A stretch of 64,000 nucleotides of DNA from Eledone cirrhosa (Eukaryota), in NCBI GenBank assembly GCA_964016885.1, contig OZ024759.1, positions 36,642,001 through 36,706,000 of the forward strand, given 5' to 3'. Shown in pieces: positions 13,150 through 54,053 of this stretch. Positions within the stretch are counted from its first letter, which is position 1; every line of letters starts with the position of its first letter. The position numbers and the translations under genes are program-made. Under the pieces are notes generated by a model. That model was not told the DNA's origin. It ran no database searches and saw nothing but the letters and a program-made list of their open reading frames with translations.

Positions 13150-14303
13150 ATATTGTGTTGTTTATTATGTAATTATCATCATCATCATCCCGTCTAACCC
13201 ATGCTAGTGTGGAAGATAGACGTTAAACGATGATATTGATGATCATCATCACCATTTTACGTCCGCTTTTCCCTGCTTGCGAGGGTGGGATGGGTCCTCT
13301 TCAGCACAGCATCTCTCCATTCGTCACGGTCCTTCGTCATCTCCTCTGTGAGCTTCAGCGATCTGAGGTCAGCTCTCACCACCTCCGCCCATCATTTTCG
13401 TGGTCTTCCTCTACTGCGTCTTCCTTCTACTGTCTTTTACCTATCTTGTTGTGAACTATAAAAATCTCATTTGAGTTTTGAAATATTCTTTACTTTTATA
13501 TGGTTGTGTTTATCAACTCATCTCAACTATCATGTGTGTGTGTGTGTGTTTATCAACTCATCTCAACTATCATGTGTGTGTGTGTGTGTGTTTATCAACT
13601 CATCTCAACTATCATGTGTGTGTGTGTGTGTGTTTATCAACTCATCTCAACTATCATGTGTGTGTGTGTGTGTTTATAAGATGATGATTACAAGTTCTGG
13701 CAAGTAAAGAAACCAGTTCTTTCATAATTTCACTAGTAAAGGTTGGTTGAGCAGAGATAATTACTGGACAGTGGTGTAGGTGTGTGTATCGTGATTTTAC
13801 ATCCGGTTTTTTTACCATGCTAGAATGGGTTGTAGTTGTCATTACAACACCAAGTTAGTATTTAATTTTATTTACATATGTTCCAGTTTTGGGTTGCTTT
13901 CTACAGCTGGTTGTCACTTCCGATGCCGACCACTTTACAGAGTGTACTGGGTGCATTTTATCATGGCATCAGCACCAGAGAAGTTGTCACATCCTTGACA
14001 CCATTAAAAGGTCCTCTGTACAGCATGTCTTTCAATAACTTTGCCACTTTATAGTGTACACTAAATGCGTGTTATCATGACACCAGCACTAGAGAGGACT
14101 TCATGTACTTGACAGACCCTACAATAAGTCTTCAATGAGTTTGAGAATTAATTTAAGGGTTTAAGATTGATGAGGACCCAGTACACACTGTAAAGTGGTT
14201 GGTGATGGAAGGTTATCAAGCCAGACAAAACTTTGCCAAACAAAGGTTTAAGAGGACCTTTTAGTTGTGTCAAAGACATGACAGCTTCTTTAGTGTTGGT
14301 GAT

Positions 14304-14504
14304 TGTTGTAGGGAAAAACCCTGAACACCCCCGCGTAACTTAAAGTGGACCAGGCGAAATGTCTATGAATTATAACTGAAGTGAACTGTCAGTAAACTGT
14401 GTATATGGAGTCTCGTAGGGATCTCGTAGTTACGTCTGGTGAATATTTTGGTTTTACCTTTGTTTGTATAGGTACACTAACAGATGTTGCACACCATTAT
14501 AACA
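14304..14504. mobile_element. Solo LTR, 201 bp
   Basis: TGTTGTA...TATAACA termini, 5-bp TSD GTGAT; interrupts a SINE-like repeat whose empty form is seen at about 14642. Confidence 0.8.
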
Positions 14505-15379
14505 GTGATCTACAGGATAAATACACTCAGTACACTCTGTAAAGTGGTTGGTGATAGGTAAGGCATTCAGTCATAGAAAGCTTACCAAACAAAGGGTTGG
14601 GAGGAGGACCTTTTAATTATGTCAAGGACATGACAGCCTCTCTAGTGTTAGTGGTCTACATGATAAATACACTCAGTACACTCTGCAAAGTGGTTGGTGA
14701 TAGGAAGGGCATCCAGCTGTAGAAAGCTTGCCAAACAAAGGGCTGGGAGGACCCTTCAATTGTGTGAAGGACAAACTTTTTAACTGCTTTGCCATGCCTA
14801 TGTCTTCTGTGTTATTTTGTGTGTGTGTGTGTGTGTCATGTGAATTCAGGTCTTCTTCACAGTTACTTGCTCTCCACAGTGGTGGTGGTGGTGGTGGAGT
14901 GTTGGTTGTAGTGTTGTTTGTGATGTGGTGGTATTGGTGGTAGTGTAGTGTTGGTGATAGCAGAAGTATTGTGATTTTTATGATATTGTTTCTTCCCACG
15001 AGAATTTCTCAGAATTAATAATGATTAAACACAGAAGAGGAAGTAGACACCAACAACAACAGCACCACCACCACCACTACCTCATACACCAACATCACCA
15101 CCACTAACAGCACTAACACCACCACCACCACCAACATCATCAACATTACCATCAACACCATCACTAACAACACCAACAAAACGACAACGACCACCACCAC
15201 CACCATCATCATCAACACCACCACCACCACCACTAACAACACCACCACCATCATCATCAACACCACCACCACCACCACCACCACCACCACCACCATCATC
15301 ATCATCAACAAACTAATAAGAATACAAACAGAAAATATTCAAAAACACCTAAACTGAAGAGATAAACAAATCTATTTGT

Positions 15380-15410
<31 letters not shown>

Positions 15411-15691
15411 TTATATGTGTGTGTGTGTATACATGTGTGTGTGTGTATACATATAAATGATGATGATTATTGCAGTTGTAGTGTTGTTGATAGTGGTGAT
15501 GATAATAGTTATGATGGTGAAGATGATGATGATGATAATAATGAGGATGAAGATGATGATAATTAAGATGGTATGATGATGATGGTGATGATGGTACAAT
15601 GGTGATGATAGTGATGATACTGCTGTGGAAGAAGAAAATGAGGTTGATTTATGTCTTCACTTTATCTATCCAACTGGAGATGATTGATATG

Positions 15692-15743
<52 letters not shown>

Positions 15744-17032
15744 CACATTTGGGTGTGTAGCAGTGACGCCCCCCCCCCCCCCCACCTCCGTTAAATAATG
15801 ATGATAATTACACACACAAAATGTGTGTATGTGTGTTAGTGTATGTGTTAATGTGTATGTGTGTTAATGTGTATGTGTTAGTGTATGTGTGTTAATGTGT
15901 ATGTGTTAGTGTATGTGTGTTAATGTGTATGTGTTAGTGTATGTGTGTTAATGTGTATGTGTGTTAGTGTATGTGTTAATGTGTATGTGTTAGTGTATGT
16001 GTGTTAATGTGTCTGTGTTAATGTGTATGTGTTAGTGTATGTGTGTTAATGTGTATGTGTTAATGTGTATGTGTTAGTGTATGTGTGTTAATGTGTATGT
16101 GTTAATGTGTATGTGTTAGTGTGTGTGTGTGTTAGTGTATGTGTTAATGTGTATGTGTGTTAATGTGTATGTGTTAGTGTGTATGTGTGTTAATGTGTAT
16201 GTGTTAGTGTGTATGTGTGTTAGTGTTTATTTTTGTCCATAGCAACAAGAAGACAGTGAGTTGATTAACTGGTTAAATAAAACAAAGTTGTCCTCTCTTA
16301 AAATAGAACTTTCTCTTTCTCTCTCTCTTTCTCTTTCTTTCTCTCTCTCTCTACTTTCTCTTTCTTTCTCTCTCTCTCTACTTTCTCTTTCTTTCTCTCT
16401 CTCTCTACTTTCTTTCTCTCTCTCTCTCTCTACTTTCTCTTTCTTTCTCTCACTCTCAACCAATATCTTTCTCTCTGCCGGTCGGTCTCTCTCTCTCTCT
16501 CTCTCTGACTGCTGGTCCGTTTCTCCCTCTCTTGACCAATATCTTTATCTCTGTCTATCTATCTGACTTTCTGTCTCTTTCTTTCTCCTCTCTCCCTCTC
16601 TCTCTGACTACCGGCTCTTTCAGGCCTCTACATCTCTCTCTCTCTGTCACTCTGCCCTGCCCACCCGACAACACCACCACCACCACCATCGTCATAACTA
16701 CCACAACTGCTATTCCCCACCACCGCCACCAATAGTTCAAGATTGTCTAGCTGTCAAATGTTTTTCTTTTAATTGCCCAACATGTCACCTGATGTACAGG
16801 TCACATGACTGCACATGATGCCCAACATGTCACCTGATGTCAGGCCAACAGTGTGTCAGTGGTGTGACATCATTTAAAGGAACACCACTGTACACTGTAG
16901 TAAGTGTTGGTGGTGTTGGTAAGTGTTAGATAAGCTATCAGTCTGTTATAAGTGTTAGACAAGCTATACTACAGTGTATCAGTCTGTGGTAAGTGTTCGT
17001 GGTGTTTTGTAAGTGTTAAACAAGCTATACTA

Positions 17033-17313
17033 CTCTTGAATTTTACTCTCCTTTTATGTTTTACGTAAAAGGAGAGTAAGATTTTCTGGCCACTACCGCC
17101 ATGCCACCTATGAGGCTGTGTCCCTATTAGTACTTTGGAAACCACAAGCAGTCAGTAATAATGGGGCGCAAGCTCTCCTATCCTGATGTCATCTCCAGAG
17201 ATTCTGGTATTGAAATCCAGGACTTGGCAACGGCAATGAACGACAGATCCACGTGGAGATCAATTGTTGAGTCGATTTCGACTGAGGCCACCAGATGATG
17301 ATGATGATGATGA
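17033..17313 (+). mobile_element. RTE-X-like LINE 3' fragment with (GAT)n tail and a 5' hairpin
   Basis: RRVRFSGHY...LLVLWKP...YPDVISRDSG...MNDRSTWRSIV; approximate TSD ATACTAC. Confidence 0.7.
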
Positions 17314-17649
17314 TACTACACACAGTGTATCAGCCAGATCTACTGTACACTGTGGCAAGTGTTAGACAAGCTATACACAGTGTATCAGTCTGTGGTAAGT
17401 GTAGGTGGTGTAGTGTTACATGCAGTGTGTCAGTGTAACACTTCTGTACACTGTGGTAAGTGTAGGTGGTGTCATTGTGACCTAGTGTATGATCTATTTC
17501 AAAGTAGATGTAAAGTGGTGGTGGTGGTAGTATTGGCAGTGTCTATGTTATACTGTTGTGGTGGTGGTGGTGGTGGTGTGGTGGTGGTGTGGTGGTGGTG
17601 GTGTGGTGGTGTTGGTGGCGGCGATGTCCAACTTTTCTGTCAACCCTGA

Positions 17650-18362
17650 CAACAATTTCTAACATAGAAACTATGCCAGCAATTTTGAGGGAAGGAGAAA
17701 GTTGATTAAATCAACCCCAGTGCGTTACTGGTACTTTATTTTATCAACCTCAGAAGAATGAAAGGCGACGTTGGCCTCAGCAGGATTTTTCAAATCGGAA
17801 CAGAAAGGGCTGTAACTAAATACCACAAAACATTTTCTCTGATTTACCAATCTGCTTCCTTTGCCAATAATAATAATTGTTTCTACTTTTGGCACAAGGC
17901 CAGCAATTATCCCAGTGTATTACTGGTACTTTATTTTATCGACCCCTGTAAGGATGAAACGCAAAGTTAACCTCCGCGGGATTTGAGCTTTGAACGTAAA
18001 GGGGCGTAACTCTATGCTGCAAAGCATAGCGTCAGACACTCTACCGATACTGCCAATCCACCATAATGATAATAATGGTTTCTGATTTCAGCTCAAGGCC
18101 AACAATTACCCCAGTGTATTACTGGTGCTTTAATAATAATAATAATAGTTTCATCTTTAGGCACAAGGCCAGCAAATATGGGAGAAGGGAAAGTCAATTA
18201 AATCGACCCCAGTGTATTACTGGTACTTTATTTTATCTACCCCGTAAGGATGAAAGGCAAAGTTAACCTCGGCGAGATTTGAACTCGGATCATAAAGGGC
18301 CGGAACTCTATGCTGCAAAGCCCGGTGTCCGACCCTCTACCAATTCTGCCAACCCACCGCCT
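17650..18362 (-). mobile_element. Cluster of 3-4 tRNA-derived SINEs (family A, MetaSINE-like central domain)
   Basis: Reverse complement of GGTGGATTGGCAG...GAGTTCAAATCCCGCCGAGGTTAACTTTGCCTTTCATCCTTACGGGGTCGATAAAATAAAGTACCAG. Confidence 0.8.
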
Positions 18363-18793
18363 TAATTATAATAATAATGATAATAATTTGTCATTATACA
18401 AATATGACATAAGTGGATTAGCTTCCAGGGAAGAAGAAATAATAATAATAGCTATAACGATAATTAGTAGAACAGCAATTAACTGTAATAACGACATGTA
18501 ATTAATACACTTTGTAACAATACATACAGTAATACTAACAATAATAATAAGCCGATTGTTGAAATAAATGAACACATGTCTGTACACATTGTTAATAAAA
18601 CTATTAGTACTGGGGAGATGTGTTCACACCTGGGAGACTGCCAGACACTAAAGAAATAGTTAACCCTTTTATTAACATATAATGAAATACACTGGATTTG
18701 AATTAATTAATGAAGAATCTGGACAGATTTACAATAATAATAATTTCGTTATTAAGATGGCATTTGTACTGTAATTTAACAAAAGGGTTTTAA

Positions 18794-19013
18794 CCCTTTA
18801 TCATTTACATTACTCTATATATACTATCGTATTTTCATGGTAAAGACTTTATCTAACATAATATCTCACATAATATTGAATCTATGACATTTCGATATCA
18901 TTTATGTTGAGAATAATACCTTAATATCAGTATGAGTGGCCGGTTATGACCTGTTTGAACAGAAAGAGGTGAGAGAATTCTGGCCGGATATGGCTAGTTC
19001 AAATGCTAAAGGG
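18794..19013. mobile_element. piggyBac-like MITE; copies at 1-98 (partial), 19100-19925, 45130-45338, 51838-52061, 58010-58310
   Basis: TTAA|CCCTTTA...TAAAGGG|TTAA; shared internal gagaattctggccggatatggc. Confidence 0.8.
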
Positions 19014-19110
19014 TTAAAGCAAATTATGTTGGAAGATTTTAATGTAAATAAGAACCCTTTGAAATAGGTTGTTTTGTTTCATAAAACCAGAAGTAGTTTA
19101 ACTCTTTTAG

Positions 19111-19808
19111 CATTTACATTATTCTATATATACTATTGTATTTTCACAGTAAAGGCTTTACCTCACATAATATCTCACATAACATTTACATTACTCTATA
19201 TATACTATTGTATTTTCACAGTAAAGGCTTTACCTCACATAATATCTCACATAACATTTACATTACTCTATATATACTATTGTATTTTCACAGTAAAGGC
19301 TTTACCTCACATAATATCTCACATAACATTTACATTACTCTATATATACTATTGTATTTTCACAGTAAAGGCTTTACCTCACATAATATCTCACATAACA
19401 TTTACATTACTCTATATATACTATTGTATTTTCACAGTAAAGGCTTTACCTCACATAATATCTCACATAACATTTACATTACTCTATATATACTATTGTA
19501 TTTTCACAGTAAAGGCTTTACCTCACATAATATCTCACATAACATTTACATTACTCTATATATACTATTGTATTTTCACAGTAAAGGCTTTACCTCACAT
19601 AATATCTTACATAACATTTACATTACTCTATATATACTATTGTATTTTCACAGTAAAGACTTTACCTCACATAACATTTACAATACTCTATATATACTAT
19701 TGTATTTTAACAGTAACGTCTTTACATCACATAACATTTACAATACTCTATATATACTATTGTATTTTCACAGTAAAGGCTTTACCTTACGTAATTATCT
19801 CACATAAT
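19111..19808. repeat. 72-bp tandem array (7x72, 2x60, plus a final unit) inside a piggyBac-like MITE
   Basis: Unit CATTTACATTACTCTATATATACTATTGTATTTTCACAGTAAAGGCTTTACCTCACATAATATCTCACATAA. Confidence 0.92.
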
Positions 19809-20002
19809 ATGAAATCTATGAGATTTTGATATTATTTATTTTGAGAACAATACCTTAATGTCAGTATGAGTGGCCAGTTATGACCCATTTGAGAGAGTTC
19901 TGGCCAGAATTCTCTCACCTCTTCTAAAATTCTTTTTTGTTATTTGTGTTTCACCATCTCTCATCTCTCTCTTTTTCTCTTTCTTCTTCAGGATAAGCAA
20001 AA

Positions 20003-47153
<27,151 letters not shown>

Positions 47154-47154
47154 A

Positions 47155-47331
<177 letters not shown>

Positions 47332-47344
47332 TATATATATACAC

Positions 47345-47451
<107 letters not shown>

Positions 47452-47524
47452 CATAAAGAAAGTATGGGTGAACAAAAAAAAATGAAGAAAAAGCAAAATA
47501 ATATATATGTATGTATGTATATAA

Positions 47525-47565
<41 letters not shown>

Positions 47566-47841
47566 TACATATACATATATATATACATACATACATTATA
47601 TTCATATATATACATATATATATAAGTATGTATGTATATATATATATGTATGTATATGTATATATATGTATGTATATGTATGTATATATATATATGTATA
47701 TATATATAAGTATGTATATATATATATATATAAGTATGTATATATGTATATGTATGTGTATATATATATATGTATATGTATGTGTATATATATATATGTA
47801 TATATATATGTATGTATATATATATATACATATGTATGTAT

Positions 47842-47905
<64 letters not shown>

Positions 47906-47921
47906 GTATGTATGTATATAT

Positions 47922-47955
<34 letters not shown>

Positions 47956-48444
47956 GTATATATATATATATATATGTATATATATGTATGTATGTATATA
48001 TATATGTATGTATATATATATGTATATATATATATATGTATATATATGTATGTATATATATATGTATATATATATGTATGTATATATATATGTATATATA
48101 TATATATATATATATTATGAGAATTATAACAACATCGCCAGCAGCAACAAGAATAATGAAAACAGCAAAACCAAAAGAAGGATGGGTGGGGATGTGGTGG
48201 GGGTGGGTCGATTGTTGATGAGATATACAGAAGACATGGAACTCCACCCCACCACCGCCACCAACAGAAATTACCAAGGACTCAGACACTAAGAACAATC
48301 ATAATCTCCACGGTTACTGCTACCAACAGATATCCAACTTAAATTCCTTCTTTCACTGACTCTGGTTTTTTTTTTTTTTTTTTTTTTTTTTTACATTTTC
48401 AGCAGCATTTTTTATGATTGTAATTATTATTATTATTATTTCTA

Positions 48445-49894
48445 GGGCGATGGATTGGCAGAATTGATAAGGTGTCGGACAAAACAATGCACCGTGTGGC
48501 ATTTGTTCCGGCTCTTTATGTTCTGAGTTCGAATCCCGCCAAGGTCAACTTTGCCTTTCATCCTTTCAGAGTCGATAAAATGAAGTACCAGTCAAGTACT
48601 GGGGTCAATGTAATTGACTTTCTCCTTCCCCCAAATTTCTGGCCTTGTGCCTAAATGAGAAACAGTTTTTCTTGTTTCATTATTTTTTTTTATTATGTTA
48701 TTATTATTATATTATTGTTTTTATTGTAAAGGCGGTGGTTTGGCAGAATTGGTAGAATGTCGAAGAAAATGCTTTTTGTGGTATTTTAGTCAACGTTTCT
48801 TTACGTTTTTGGTTTCAAATCCCGCCAATGTTGGCTTAATCGTCTGCTTTGCTCTCCCTACAAAATTCTTTAGGCAAAATTACGAACCATTATTATTACT
48901 AAATTAGAAATAGAAGCTTTTCACCGTATTTTTGGCTAAAGAAACTTTAGCCTGAGAGAGGGGTTTAGAACCCTCTAAGAAATGGAAAAAGATGAGTATT
49001 GATGTTCGCATCTCATGTACATCAATACTCATCTTTTTCCATTTCTTAGAGGGCTCTAAACCCCTCTCTCAGGCTAAAGTTTATTTAGTCAAAAAATATG
49101 GCGAAAGCTTATATTTCTAATTTCAAAATCGCTCGCTGTTTCAAAACATACTTACTTATTATTATTATTATTATATTAGGGTGGTGGATTGGCAGAATTG
49201 GTAGAGCTTCGGACAACATGCTTTGCAGCATAGAGTTTTGGTCTTTTACGTTCCGAGTTCAAATCCTGCCGAGATTAGCCTTGCCTTTCATCCTTACGGG
49301 GTCGATATATATAATAAAGCACCAGTAATGCACTGGGGTCGATTTAATCGACTTTCCCCTCCCCCCCTGGCCTTGTGCCTATAGTAGAAATCATTATTAT
49401 TATTTCTACGAGAGTGGGGGACTGGCAGAATCGTTAGAAGAGAGTTGGACAAATGTTTTTCAGTATTTTATAACATTCTGAGTTCAAATTCTGCTGAGGT
49501 GAACTTTGTCTCTCATCCTTAAGGGGAGTTAAATAACGTACCAGTAAACTACTGGGGGGGGGGGGGTCAGTATGATTTACCACTCCCCCACCCCAAAGTT
49601 GCTGGCCTTGTGCCTAAATTAGAAACCATTATTTCTGATTCTACAGAGTGGGAAGGATGGTTTAGAAATGTCCAGATTTTTGTCACCCAGATATTTTTTT
49701 TTTTTTTTGGTTGAGTTTGAATCTCGTTGAGGTCGACTTTGTGGGATTGATGGATTTAAGTACCAGTAATATATGTGGAGAGAGGGAGAGAATGGGAGTC
49801 GAAGGGAGGGAGGTGTCTTCTCAGTAGATTATACTTCACCTTTCTTTCTCTTCTCTCTAATTAGCCTTGTGCCTAACTAAAAATACAAACATTA

Positions 49895-49932
<38 letters not shown>

Positions 49933-51500
49933 GTTATACCTTTGGGGCTACACTTTGATCTTAGTCAAAAGGTTTAATCAGCCCCCAAAGGTAGAATTAT
50001 TATACCTTTGGGAGCTCATTAAACAAATTACCAGTAAAATACTGGGGTTGGTGCAATTCACTTTCCTCTCCTTCCCTGAAATTGTTTGACCTAAATTATT
50101 AGTGGACTGGCAGTATCGGTAGAGGGTCTGACACCATGCTGTGCAGCATAGAGTTACGGCCCTTTACGATCTGAGTTCAAATCCCGCTGAGGTTAGCTTA
50201 GCCTTTCATCCTTACAGGGTTGATAAAATAAAGTACCAGTAATGAACTGGGGTCGATTTAATTGACTCCCCCCCCCCCCAAATTACTGGCCTTGTGCCTA
50301 TACTAGAAATCATTATTGGCAGTATCAGTAGAGGGTCGGACGCCATGCTTTGCAGCATAGAGTTACGGCCCTTTACGATCTGAGTTCAAATCCCGCTGAG
50401 GTTAGCTTAGCCTTTCATCCTTACAGGGTTGATAAAATAAAGTACCAGTAATGAACTGGGGTCGATTTAATTGACTCCCCCCCCCCAATTACTGGCCTTG
50501 TGCCTATACTAGAAATCATTATTGGCAGTATCAGTAGAGGGTCGGACGCCATGCTTTGCAGCATAGAGTTACGGCCCTTTACAGTCTGAGTTCAAATCCT
50601 GCCCAGGTTAGCATTGCTTTTCATCCTTACAGGGTTGATAAAATTAAAAGTACCAGTAATACACTGGGATAATTGCTGGCCTTGTGCCTAAAGTAGAAAC
50701 AATTATTTTAAAAGAAAAAATATTGAAAATTAAAATAAGATTGATTGGTCGGTAGAGCATCGGACTGATGCTTAACAGGATTTGTCCTGGCTCATTATAG
50801 TCGAGTTCAAATCCCACCAAGGTCAACTTTGTGTTCATTCTTCCTTGGTTGTCAGAATAGAATACTAAGTACTGGGGAGGTTGCAATTCACCCCCAAATG
50901 CTGGTTTTAAGCCTAAATTAGAAACCGTGGTGGATTGGCAGTATCGGTAGAGGGTCGGACACCATGCTTTCCAGCATAGTTACGTCCCTTTACGATCTGA
51001 GTTCAAATCCCGCCGAGGTTGACTTTGCCTTTCATCCTTACGGGGTCGATAAAATAAAGTACCAGTAATGCACTGGGTAATTGCTGGCCTTGTGCCTAAA
51101 GTAGAAACAATTATTATTATTGACATAACGGTGGATTGGCAGAATCGATAGAGCATCAGACACCATGCATTGCAGCATAGAGTTATGACCTTTTACATTC
51201 TGAGTTCAAATCCTGCCGAGGTTAGCTTTGCCTTTCATCTTTACGGGGGTCGATAATATAAAGTACCAGTAATACACTGGATCAATTTAATAGACTTTCC
51301 TCTCCCTTTCATTTTGCTGGCGTTGTGGCAAATTCAGGCTGGTGGATTGGCAGAATCTGTAGGGCATCGGACAATATACTTTGTGGTATTTAGTTGTGAC
51401 TTTCTACGCACTGAATTCAAACCCCATCATGGTCAACATGGTCGATACAATACCAGTTTTAAACTAGGGTCAATATAATTGACTTCTCTCTTTTCCCCCA
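48445..51500 (+). mobile_element. Dense co-oriented cluster of about 13 family-A SINE copies, including a tandem triplication at 50102-50705
   Basis: Repeated tggcag..gttcaaatc..ttcatcc..gtaccag..ggccttgtgccta modules. Confidence 0.85.
48901..49123. repeat. 223-bp fold-back element within the SINE cluster
   Basis: Arms of about 105 bp, reverse-complementary with scattered mismatches, short loop near 49005-49018. Confidence 0.88.
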
Positions 51501-51566
51501 AATTGTTATGCCTCTCTTAGAAAGAATTATTTAAAAAAAAATTCTGTGGAGTAAGAGAGACTATTT

Positions 51567-51785
51567 ACCATATATGTACTTGAATATAAGCCGAGGAACA
51601 TGTGACCAAAAAAATAGATGGTCAAATTGGAGGGGGGGGGGGGGGGGGGGGGGTCGGCTTACATTTGTCATCTACACATCTTGTTTTGACTAGCTACCTC
51701 GGCTTATAAATGGGGTTTGGTCTTTTGCCCATTTCTCAGTCATAAAATAGGGTAGGGAATCGGCTTATATCCGAGTATGTACGGT
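51567..51785. mobile_element. Tc1/mariner (pogo/Tigger-like) MITE
   Basis: TACCATATATGTACTTGAATATAAGCCGA ... TCGGCTTATATCCGAGTATGTACGGT. Confidence 0.7.
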
Positions 51786-53275
51786 GATTTCCAAGTTCAA
51801 ATCCTGCCAAGATTGGCACTTGCTCTCTCTGCTTTAACCCTTTAACATTCACATTACTATATATATATACTATTGTATTTTCACGGTAAAGGCTTTATCT
51901 CACATAATATTGAGTCTATGAGATTCTGATATTATTTATTTTGAGAAAAATACCTTAACATCAGTATGAGTGATGAGAGAATTCTGGCCGGATATGGCTG
52001 GTTTGAACAGAAAGAGGTGAGAGAATTCTGGCTGGATATGGCTGGTTTAAATGCTAAAGGGTTAAAATCTTCTCTGTTCTTTCATTTATTTTAAATCTTC
52101 TACCCCACCCATAACTCTAACAAGTGAATATATTTTTTAAAGTTTCCCTAATTTAAAAGAAAAAATATAAAAAGTTTAAATAAATTATTACACAATGGAA
52201 AATATAAGAATTTTTACATTAATAATAATAATTCAAATATGATATAATGATAATGTTAATTCTATACTAATATAAAAAAAAAAGATTTATATTTATTTTA
52301 TATTAATAGATTTTTTAATTTATTTTCTTGTGTGTTTGTGTGTAAATATAAATATGTATGTGTTTTTCTGTTTTTTTGTATACATACATATATATATGTG
52401 TTTGTATGTATACGTGTGTGGATCGGTGTATACATACGTGTGTGTATGAATATGTGTGTGCTATGTAAATGTTTGGGCTTGTCTGTATACATGTGTGTGT
52501 GTGTGTGTGTGTTTTAACGAAGATAAGGTATGAAACTATTTTTCATTGAAAATTTCTCCTCAAACACTCCCCCTTTCACTGATGGCAAAGAAACCCCTCC
52601 TCCCTTCTATTTTATTACTCCCACCACTGCTACAACCACCACCATCACCATTACTGCTACAACCACTACCATTACTATTCCTATTACCACCACGCCACCA
52701 CCACCACAAAACCATTACTACTACTACTAAAGTAGTAGTAGAAAGCTTAAAACATACGATACGATATTAAGTGGAGATAACTCTGGAATTTGTTCCGAGA
52801 CGAGTTGTTTCCCTTGATGATACGTTAAATTTGAAGTATTTTTAACTTGTCTGATATAAAGGCGAGGTGGTGATGGCAAGAATGCCTTTAATCATCGGCC
52901 TTCTGTTCTTTCAGACCTCACGTATGGCTAAACAACGAGATATTATATTCCCGGTGGACCTTATTCACAACCTTTGCTTATCTATCCCGGTTCAGTGTTA
53001 ATTCCCTTCACAACGGCTTTAAAATCACACAACTCTTTAACCTCTCCCCATTACATACACACGTCTGTGTATGTATGTATATATATATATAATAATACTC
53101 CAGATAAATCCTGTAGAGTGCTTCAAATCTGTTATAAAATTAACTCTGTTGGAATAATAATCAACAAACCATATAACTCATTGTTTATATATATATATAA
53201 GTTAAATGAGAAAAAAAAACTAATTCTGGGAGTATAAACAAGATAGAGGAAAACATTTTTCTGTCTAACTTCACT

Positions 53276-53312
<37 letters not shown>

Positions 53313-53759
53313 ACCATCGTTTCGTATGGGGAAGAATTATTATTGGAACTGCCAATAATTGAAGAATCTGTCATAATCTTCAGGGGAGTATAATTCTTCA
53401 AGTCTAAGAGAAATGGAACAAGATATAAGACAGTGTTTCCATAGCCGAGGCAGCATGGTAGGTTTTAGAGACAAATTAACTTTTAGTTAATATATATATA
53501 TAAAATTAGAATTTTATTTCTCACCCTAGCACAGTATATATAATATAGTATTATATATATATAATACTGTATTATATATATATAATACTGTATTATATAT
53601 ATATAATACTGTATTATATATATATAATACTGTATTATATATATATAATACAGTATTATATATATATAATACAGTATTATATATATATAATACTGTATTA
53701 TATAATACTGTATTATATATATAATACTGTATTATATATATATAATACTGTATTAATAT

Positions 53760-53959
53760 NNNNNNNNNNNNNNNNNNNNNNNNNNNNNNNNNNNNNNNNN
53801 NNNNNNNNNNNNNNNNNNNNNNNNNNNNNNNNNNNNNNNNNNNNNNNNNNNNNNNNNNNNNNNNNNNNNNNNNNNNNNNNNNNNNNNNNNNNNNNNNNNN
53901 NNNNNNNNNNNNNNNNNNNNNNNNNNNNNNNNNNNNNNNNNNNNNNNNNNNNNNNNNNN
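53760..53959. other. Assembly gap (200 N) within AT-rich simple repeats
   Basis: Run of N. Confidence 0.99.
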
Positions 53960-54022
53960 AGTATATATTATATATATATATATATTATATATATATTATA
54001 TATATATATTATATATATATAT

Positions 54023-54053
<31 letters not shown>

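Noticed and set aside
19074-19829. 251-aa and 223-aa repetitive ORFs
   Set aside because: Caused by a 72-bp (multiple of 3) tandem repeat in a MITE
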